Below, one piece after another: positions 62,661 to 64,000 of a stretch of 64,000 nucleotides of DNA (the stretch's first letter is position 1; each line of letters opens with the position of its first letter). The notes under the pieces are model-generated. The model worked only from the letters and a program-made list of their open reading frames with translations. It ran no database searches and was not told the DNA's origin. A program made the position numbers and the translations under genes. This DNA comes from Terriglobia bacterium (lineage in GTDB: Bacteria > Acidobacteriota > Terriglobia > JAJPHL01 > JAPKYU01): positions 704,001-768,000 of the forward strand of contig CBDBKE010000003.1 in the NCBI GenBank assembly GCA_965206645.1. Direction: 5' to 3'.

Positions 62661-64000
62661 CCCCTGTAGAAGAAACCACGGCCGGCACCTCCGGCGGCAC
62701 CTCTGGCTTCCGGGGTCCCGATCGGCCGCTGTGGGAGGACTACTCCAAATGCATTCATTGCGGGCTGTGCCTGAACCATTGCCCCACCTACCGAGAGCTG
62801 GGTGTGGAAATGGATTCGCCGCGCGGCCGCATCTACCAGATGATCCAGGTGGACCAAGGGCGCCTGCCGCTGGGCGACAGCTTCGTGAAGCACATTGATC
62901 TGTGCCTGGATTGCCGCGCCTGCGAAACGGCCTGCCCCTCTGGGGTGCAGTACGGAAGGCTGGTTGAGGCGGCCCGGGCGCAGATCGAACAACAGTACCA
63001 GCGGCCGCTGCTCCAGCGCGCCGTGCGACGTTTCGTCTTCCGGCACCTTCTGAACAGCCCGGCGCTGCTGCAACTGGCCGGCTGGGGCTTGTGGTTCTAC
63101 CAGGCTTCCGGCCTACAGCAGATGGTGCGGCGCGCCGGCCTGCTGGAACACCTTGGGTTGGCCAGCATCGAGGCGTTGTCGCCGCCCGCCGAGCCACCCT
63201 TCTTTTTCCGCCAGCTCGGCAGGATGTACCCGGCGCAGGGACGGCGGCGCTACCGGGTGGCGCTGTTCGCCGGCTGCATCGCCAACGTCAGCTTCGCCCG
63301 GCTGAACGAAGCCACGGTGCGGGTGCTCACCGCCAACGGGTGCGAGGTCGTTATTCCTCGTGAACAGCTCTGCTGTGGTGCTCTGCACGTCCACGCCGGA
63401 GTGCGCGACGAGGCCCAGCGTCTGGCCCGGCAAAACATTCAGGCCTTCCTGGCCGAGCCATTTGACGCGTTGCTGACCAACGCCGCCGGATGCGGCTCGA
63501 CGCTGAAGGAGTACCACGAGCTGCTGGCCGGCGATGAGGAATACGGCGAGCGCGCCGCGATTTTTGCGGAGAAGGCGAAGGACGTGACCGAGTTCCTGGC
63601 CGAAGCGGGCCTGGTGCAACCACTGGGAGAAGTGGCTGTACGGGTCACTTACCAGGACCCCTGCCACCTGATGCACGGGCAGCGTGTCCGCTCGGCGCCC
63701 CGCGAGCTGATCCGGCGCGTGCCCGGTATCGAGTTCTGCGAACTGCCTCTGGCTGAGATTTGCTGCGGCAGCGCCGGCATCTACAATATCTCGCATAACG
63801 ATCTGTCCATGGAGCTGCTGGAGAAAAAAATCCAGGCCGTCAACACCACCGGGGCCGAGCTGGTGCTGACAGCCAACCCGGGCTGCCTGCTGCAGCTTCG
63901 CGCTGGCATCGCCCGCTGGGGCCGCGGCCAGCGCGTGGGGCACGTGGTGGAATTGCTGGACCAGGCAGCTGACGCTGCCGCAGGGCGGCGGGCGGTCCGC
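62654..64000 (+). CDS. glcF: Glycolate oxidase Fe-S subunit, stop codon lies beyond the window
   Basis: Manual translation: CIHCGLCLNHCPTY, SPRGRI, CLDCRACETACPSGV, CCG motifs, YQDPCHL, ANPGC, HVVELLD. Confidence 0.93.
   Translation, partial: MLTPVEETTAGTSGGTSGFRGPDRPLWEDYSKCIHCGLCLNHCPTYRELGVEMDSPRGRIYQMIQVDQGRLPLGDSFVKHIDLCLDCRACETACPSGVQYGRLVEAARAQIEQQYQRPLLQRAVRRFVFRHLLNSPALLQLAGWGLWFYQASGLQQMVRRAGLLEHLGLASIEALSPPAEPPFFFRQLGRMYPAQGRRRYRVALFAGCIANVSFARLNEATVRVLTANGCEVVIPREQLCCGALHVHAGVRDEAQRLARQNIQAFLAEPFDALLTNAAGCGSTLKEYHELLAGDEEYGERAAIFAEKAKDVTEFLAEAGLVQPLGEVAVRVTYQDPCHLMHGQRVRSAPRELIRRVPGIEFCELPLAEICCGSAGIYNISHNDLSMELLEKKIQAVNTTGAELVLTANPGCLLQLRAGIARWGRGQRVGHVVELLDQAADAAAGRRAVR

Overview
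GC-rich chromosomal segment, probably from Acidobacteriota (inferred from tandem Acidobacterial-type VWA proteins, a Kelch protein with a TIGR03437-like C-terminal domain and a Ser/Thr kinase-TolB-TPR protein). It is mostly housekeeping: kdsB-pyrG, nnr-tsaE, mlaE/F/D, tsaD, EF-G II, mltD-like, thrB-thrC, hpt, metK-ahcY-tldD-tldE, glgC-eno-gpmI, rpsU, mtaB, acpS, pgeF and glcE-glcF. The ORF track misses several things. (1) A selenocysteine neighbourhood at 10.5-16.8 kb: tRNA-Sec (12851-12945), a peroxiredoxin split by an in-frame UGA at TGG-U, and a CxxC thioredoxin-fold protein whose apparent UGA stop probably encodes a C-terminal Sec (SG-U-RSKN). Both UGAs are followed by SECIS-like hairpins, and a CoA-disulfide-reductase-like gene lies alongside. 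(2) A stand-alone ~195-nt transcript at about 16929-17160 with a consensus promoter, two extended anti-16S-tail sites, a 15-codon ORF, three hairpins and a terminator. (3) A phosphatase / HipA-like kinase / DUF3037 module with operator-like repeats, next to an IS1380 element. (4) A cytidylate-kinase-like / nuclease-fold fusion upstream of hpt. (5) An acidic-basic histone-like repeat protein. (6) A kinase segment bracketed by imperfect inverted repeats, several broken genes, small unannotated ORFs and many short tandem duplications. All family calls are from motif recognition; no searches were run.
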